DNA of 63,140 nt, filler included, from Olpidium bornovanus S191 (Eukaryota > Fungi > Olpidiomycota): the NCBI GenBank assembly GCA_017911155.1. It is 28 parts of 28 records of this genome, joined end to end, with 100 filler letters (N's around TTAATTAATTAA, not from the genome) between each part and the next. Parts side by side here need not be neighbours in the genome. Positions count along the whole stretch, not along the records: positions 55,731 to 60,140 come from JAEFCI010013296.1; positions 60,241 to 63,140 come from JAEFCI010011919.1; 26 more parts are not named here. The stretch is one strand, 5' to 3'. The notes beneath the pieces are model-generated. The model was not told where the DNA came from. It saw nothing but the letters and a program-made list of their open reading frames with translations, and made no database searches. Shown one piece after another: positions 58,250 to 63,140 of the stretch; position 1 is the stretch's first letter, and every line of letters starts with the position of its first letter. Made by a program: the position numbers and the translations under genes.

Positions 58250-60140
58250 ATGGCGATGACACCCCCGACACACCCGGGTCAACGGCCGGGCAGCCACTGG
58301 CGGATGTGATGTGGCGGTCTAGCCGCCCTAGGCACAAACTTGCCGCCCTCAAGGCGCAACTCGCGGGCCAGCGACCTTCTCAAATGCAAAGATGGGGACC
58401 ACGGCGACTTTGGCGGCAAAGTTGCACCGCCCGTTGCCGTTGCGGAGGTGTTTGCCGACGACGTCGTCAAAGTCGGGCAGCACCATGACGGGCCCGCCTG
58501 CCTCAAGAAGCGCGCCCCGAAATCCGCCCCCTTTCCCGGCACCTGAATTTCACGCTTCCCGAGACCCCCTCTGCCACAAGTTGTCCGAGGCGGCGCGTAC
58601 GGAAACGGGTCAGCTTTGGCAGTTGAAGAAGAAAGCCACAAAAAAGGCCGAAGAGATCCTCGCCGGCATTCTGCACACTGTTCGCGCTGAGAAGCCGCTG
58701 ATGAGCATTTTCGCCCGCCTCAAAGCCATCGCTGATGCCAACCGGTTGTCTGCCGACGAGCAGGCCTTCTTCCTGGCCAACTGGAACAAGGCGCAGGCTC
58801 ACCTGCACGCCGCTCTCCTGCTTGAAGGGCACCAGTGTTGTGACGTAGTCAACGCGTACCACCCCAGTATCTTGCAGAACCCGAAGATAAACGAGCTCGC
58901 CACACCAGAGACACTGCGCAAGGCCCGCTGCCATCCCCCGCGACCGTTCTGTCACCGTTTTTGACGAAGACGCCATTCAGGAAGTCTTGGCACGCCCCGC
59001 CAAGTTCGAGAAGTCCCTGGCGAAGGTGTAGAAGACCGCCCAGGACATCAAGAAGGACTCCGGCGCAAAGCGTGCGAGTGCCGGCGGCAGGGGAAGCGCT
59101 GTAGTGAAGAAAAGTGGAATTGTGCGGCCGGGGACCAGGTACCACCAAAACCCGGCGATTAATTTTTAAAAGTAAAGTGTAAAAATTCACCAAATAGAGT
59201 TGGCCGGCGGGAGGGCGAGCGGTGTAACCAAGGCGACGGTTGGCGCGAAAATCTCTCGCCCTCTCGTTCCCTTTTTCTCCCCCCCCCCCGCCAACGCGTG
59301 CGAGGTAGGCCGCAGCGTTCCCCATAACCCGAAAGCGAACGTAGAATAGAGAGGAGGCAAGAGGCAAAGTGAACGCGCGAAAGGACAGACGAAGGAAGTG
59401 CTAAAGAACGGTGGACAGGCGAACGAGCGGACGAGCGGACGAGAGATAGAGCGGAAGGGGGAGAGAAAGAGAGAGAGAACAGACTGATCGAGGAGCGAAC
59501 GGCGGGGGAGGTATATCAGGAAATTCGCCGCTCCCCTCAAGACTCGGTATCTGCCTACAACTGCCCATAAAATACTGCTACAGCGCGGCGAAGAAATTTC
59601 GCCCGCGCAGCTCGGGTGGTGGAGATGCCCGTGATGCCGGAGAGTCTAGAGAAAAGCAGATTAACCAGAGCCAGAAGTGATCCAATAAATTTTTCTTCAT
59701 TTCCTTCCATCTCCGATCGTGTGGCTGTGCCTGACAGTGTTTCAATGCTTGGGCCCGCGGCCTCCTCGGGGGGTGCGGGCAGGTCCAAAGGAGGGCCGCA
59801 CGACGAGCCCGCCACCAACGACTATGACGACTCTGCCGCAAGTGCTGATGTTGGCATTGCAGAACGAACCTTGTCCCTCGGGGGAGCTCCAACGGTTCGT
59901 ATCGCTGCCACTCTTGGTGGTTGCGCGGCCGGAAATCAAGCCGATAAAATATGATTTATTGTTCCCACATCCGATGCCGGAAGTGCCTGTGGTCGGGCGG
60001 TTTGCCAAATTCTGGCGAACATGGGAACGTCATCCGGGATAGGTACAGCCCGCGCGCGGAATGTCCGCGCACCGCCGTCTGGCGGCAGACGGTGGGTTGG
60101 GTAAAGTACGAACTGCAGGACCCCACGTACGTGGCGTTCC
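58250..60140 (+). mobile_element. Degenerate DIRS1-like (tyrosine-recombinase retrotransposon) fragment: gag-like ORF and start of the RT ORF
   Basis: EVPVVGRFAKFWRTWE (about 59980-60025) and WRQTV..KYELQ resemble the PVGGRL..FW..WE..W..TV..GY.L N-terminus of DIRS RT ORFs. An interrupted helical ORF lies upstream at 58392-59160. Confidence 0.45.
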
Positions 60141-60392
60141 NNNNNNNNNNNNNNNNNNNNNNNNNNNNNNNNNNNNNNNNNNNNTTAATTAATTAANNNN
60201 NNNNNNNNNNNNNNNNNNNNNNNNNNNNNNNNNNNNNNNNAAAAAAAAAAAAAGAGCCGGTGTCCGGGTTGCCGCCACCAAACCCGCCCGCCGAATTCTC
60301 CCCGCCCCCGCCCTCTTCCCGGCCCTTCTCCCCCTTCCCTTCCCTCGCTCCCCCACCGGCGGACGCCCCGGAAACCGGCAAGGCAAAAAAGC

Positions 60393-63016
60393 TTGCTCTC
60401 GAGGAGCGAGGAAGGAGGGCGGCCGGAAAGAGGGCAAATGCCCCCGCCGCCGCCGTCGAGCATCTACCGGAGGAACGGCAACCTGCAGCGCACGGCCCCG
60501 CTGCCGCCGCCGGCTGCCGGCTTCTCCATGTCGCCCTCGCCGCCGGAGGACACGGAGAAGAACCGGAAGCCGGCAGACCGGGAAGCCGCGGGGAAAGCCG
60601 ACGAAGCCGGCGGGGCCGCGCCGTCGACCTCCTCGCTGGCTTCCGCCGCCTCCCCGGTCAAAGAGCAGGCGCTCCCGGCTCCGCCCGCGGGCCCGTCCCA
60701 ACCGGCGGGGTGCCCGCGGACGCCGACGTCGCCGAAGGAAGCGAGGAACCGCGGCGCAACGCAGGGCCGTCGGCGGAGCAGTGCCGATCTGGACAGCGGC
60801 GCAGGTAGGCCCGAGGGCGGACAGGGCGAGGCCAACGGCAGGGACAGGGACGGCGACCGGGGTCTCCCGGAACGGAGGAACGCGGAGGGCGGTTCTCGCC
60901 GTCGATGCAGCGATCGCTCTCGCGACGGCAGCGCGTCGCCCCGCGACAGGGGGCGCAGCGAGCTGCGGCGCCGGCGCAGCTACAGTTCGGACTCGTACTA
61001 CTACTCCGACGACGACGACCGCTACTCCCCGGACGACGACAACTACTACTACAACCGCGGCGGGCGGCGAGGTTACCGCGGCGGCGAGCGGGAAAGGTTG
61101 ACTCCCCCGCGCCGAGGCAGGAGCCGGACCCGGAGCAGAAGTTACAGCGGCAGCCGGTCCGGGAGCGTCAGCAGCGGAAAGGGTAGGGGCGCGTGGCGCC
61201 GCCGGAGTCGAAGGCGAAGCAGGAGGAAGACGTGGTCCCGGTCCCGTTCCCGGTCCGGCTCGCGGCGCGCGCGCCGCAGGAGCCGCAGCTACGACTACCA
61301 CCGAACGTGCTCCAGCTCCCCGTCCCCGCGGCGTCGACGAAGGTCCCCGCTGCCCCCGCCAGAGTTCCGTAGGCGCCTGTCGTCGCGGAGGGATGACGAG
61401 GAGCACCATCACGACGCGGACAGGCGGCGTGACCGAGGGGGACGCTACAACCGGGACGAAGACTATTACGGCGGAGCCGACGTAGGCAGGCGTAGGAACC
61501 GGGAGCGGCCTCGGTCACGCCAATATCGACCCCAGCGCCGGGGAGACCGCTCGTTCGGCGAAGGTCCGGACGGCCGGGGCCGATTCCACCGCAGAAGCCC
61601 CAACTTCGGAGGAGGCCGTTCGTCCCGCGCCAATTCTCGGCACCACCCCTACCAGCGGCCGCCTCCTAAAGACAAAATGTTGCCTCCTTCTTTTGGTCCG
61701 GTGCATGATTCACGTCGACGGCAATTTTGCGGTCCTGCTTTGGAACGGGACAGACAAGAAAGCTACGACGACGTGCCCAAGGGGCCAGCCCATCGGGAAC
61801 AAGAACGCCACGGGGATCGTCATGACCGACGTCGCAGAGAAGGGCCAACCGAGCACCACTGGGATGCGAATGATCGCGGCGCTGAGGTTCCTAATGGGTG
61901 CGCCAAAGGATTGTCCATGGAGGACCAGGAACCTGATGCTGATCGACCAGATTGTCGGTCTGGAGGCGGTGATCGTCGCGGAGACGTTACAGAGCGTCGC
62001 CAGGAAGCGCCTGGCCATCCCACAGAGAGGTCTGAGCGTTCCGTAGAGGGTTCCGACCTTCGCGGGGAGACGCCGGACCGCCCCAAGGGCGCTCGCAACC
62101 AGTATGCAGATCGGCGTGTCTTGCATGGGAGCCAAGGCCCAGAAATCAGCACTAGCACGCATTATCCTCAGCCCAGTGGCAGTCATGCTGTGTCCCCGCG
62201 AGTCGCCGGTATGCCGAATGTCGCTCCGTACCCATCCTTGCAGACAACGCGTCCGCCTCCCGCTACCGAAACTTCGAAGTCGGGTTTGTCTGCTCCCGGT
62301 TCGTCACCTTCCAAGCGGCCTTTTTCGAAGCTGGACAAGGAGGAGGAAATCAGCAGGAAGGTACAGAAAACGTCGTCTCCCAGGGCGCAGCGAGGGGGAT
62401 GCTCGCCCACCGCCGTATCCGAAAAGTTCGACGAAACGGAGCTGCTAGATCCCGGTAGGAAAAAGGCTCGGCAGCGGGCGCAGGAGCCCCAGCCGCCGCA
62501 GGCGATGGTCGTGGATTTTTACGACCGGATAGGGCAGGTCGGCGAAGGAACTTACGGGTAAGGTTTGGACATCGACGCTGACGCGGAAACGTCGAGAGGC
62601 GGCAATTTTTGGGAATTACGTGCCGCGTGGGAATTTGTCAGGAACACCCGAGTTGCCAGGCGGCATAGAAATAATGTGACTCGCGGCTATTCCGGTCTTG
62701 TGGGATTCTTATTGTGTTTCCTTTGCTTCGTCCGCCGCCGATTCGCGGTCAAAAACAGCAAGGTGTACAAGGCGCGCAACCGCGTCACTGGCGAGCTTGT
62801 CGCGCTCAAACGGATACGCATGGAGGCCGAGAAGGATGGGGTAGGGCTCTTGGTGTTAGCTCGACGTTGCTATTGCCAGCCCCAAGCCCTCTAGTCTGAC
62901 GAACCGGGCGGGTTACCTCGCTCAGTTCCCAATCACTTCCCTCCGCGAGATAAAGCTACTCCAGTCGCTCGATCACGTGAACATACTGAAGCTGAAGGAA
63001 ATGCTGGTCGTTAGCC
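60393..63016 (+). CDS. CTK1: CTD kinase CTK1/Lsk1/CDK12-like with a long RS-rich N-terminus; 3'-truncated
   Basis: About 700-aa RS/RD-rich region, then YDRIGQVGEGTYG|KVYKARNRVTGELVALKRIRMEAEKDG|FPITSLREIKLLQSLDHVNILKLKEM. Introns at 62558-62758 and 62841-62925. Confidence 0.9.
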
Positions 63017-63140
63017 GTAAGTTTTTGAGCGTTGGGGTTTTGCTGTTAATTACTCGATCTGCGAACTTAAATTATTCGACGGCCGTTGTTCTTTTCACGC
63101 TCGCGTTGTTCTAACGCACGTCGAAGGCTCCGTGTACATG

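Larger units (their letters stand above)
4257..60240. other. 27 artificial contig linkers (44 N + TTAATTAATTAA + 44 N) at 4257-4356, 6675-6774, 8153-8252, 9957-10056, 11163-11262, 14681-14780, 16827-16926, 21221-21320, 23169-23268, 25493-25592, 26776-26875, 28048-28147, 29317-29416, 31011-31110, 32119-32218, 33994-34093, 35888-35987, 39488-39587, 42975-43074, 44229-44328, 45478-45577, 48012-48111, 49735-49834, 51005-51104, 54156-54255, 55631-55730, 60141-60240
   Basis: The same 100-nt cassette recurs 27 times. TTAATTAATTAA is palindromic and puts a stop codon in all six frames, as in standard pseudomolecule linkers. Confidence 0.99.

Noticed and set aside
1-63140. tRNA, rRNA, U2/U4/U5/U6 genes and prokaryotic defence or operon systems
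   Set aside because: I saw no diagnostic motifs by eye. A covariance-model scan (tRNAscan-SE, Infernal/Rfam) would be needed to exclude them.

Overview
This is not a contiguous locus. It is a concatenation of 28 short contigs (about 1.0-4.4 kb each) joined by 27 artificial 100-nt linkers (44 N + TTAATTAATTAA + 44 N). Adjacency across linkers therefore carries no biological meaning. The DNA is eukaryotic, GC-rich, has GT-AG introns, and its gene content is fungal. A trichoplein/TPH-family ciliary-type protein points to a flagellated (zoosporic) early-diverging fungus; an Olpidium-like organism is my unverified guess. Recognisable, mostly contig-truncated genes are: USE1 SNARE, polyprenol reductase DFG10/SRD5A3, PFA4/ZDHHC6, an RRM-only PPIE-like protein, a cyclophilin-G-like RS tail, Ariadne RBR E3, cytochrome c peroxidase, an STK11IP-like protein, a divergent MGM101, a membrane-anchored spermidine-synthase-like methyltransferase, trichoplein, an LRG1-like RhoGAP fragment, a mitochondrial-type two-HMG-box protein, RCHY1/Pirh2 and CTK1/CDK12. 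A complete U1 snRNA gene with a TATA box lies at 57892-58063; it is not in the ORF track. Mobile DNA includes two Ty1/copia pol fragments, a Ty3-like gag, a DIRS-like fragment, a putative LTR, and a dispersed TIR-like repeat next to a Myb/SANT-like pseudogene. The most novel-looking items are a mucin-like VTVTET-repeat protein ending in a C-type-lectin-like 6-Cys domain, a secreted protein built from tandem 4-Cys modules, and an HMG-box protein with a histone-H1-like Ala/Lys tail. I found no prokaryotic-type system such as CRISPR, a defence island or an operon. All family assignments come from motif recognition by eye; no database search was run.
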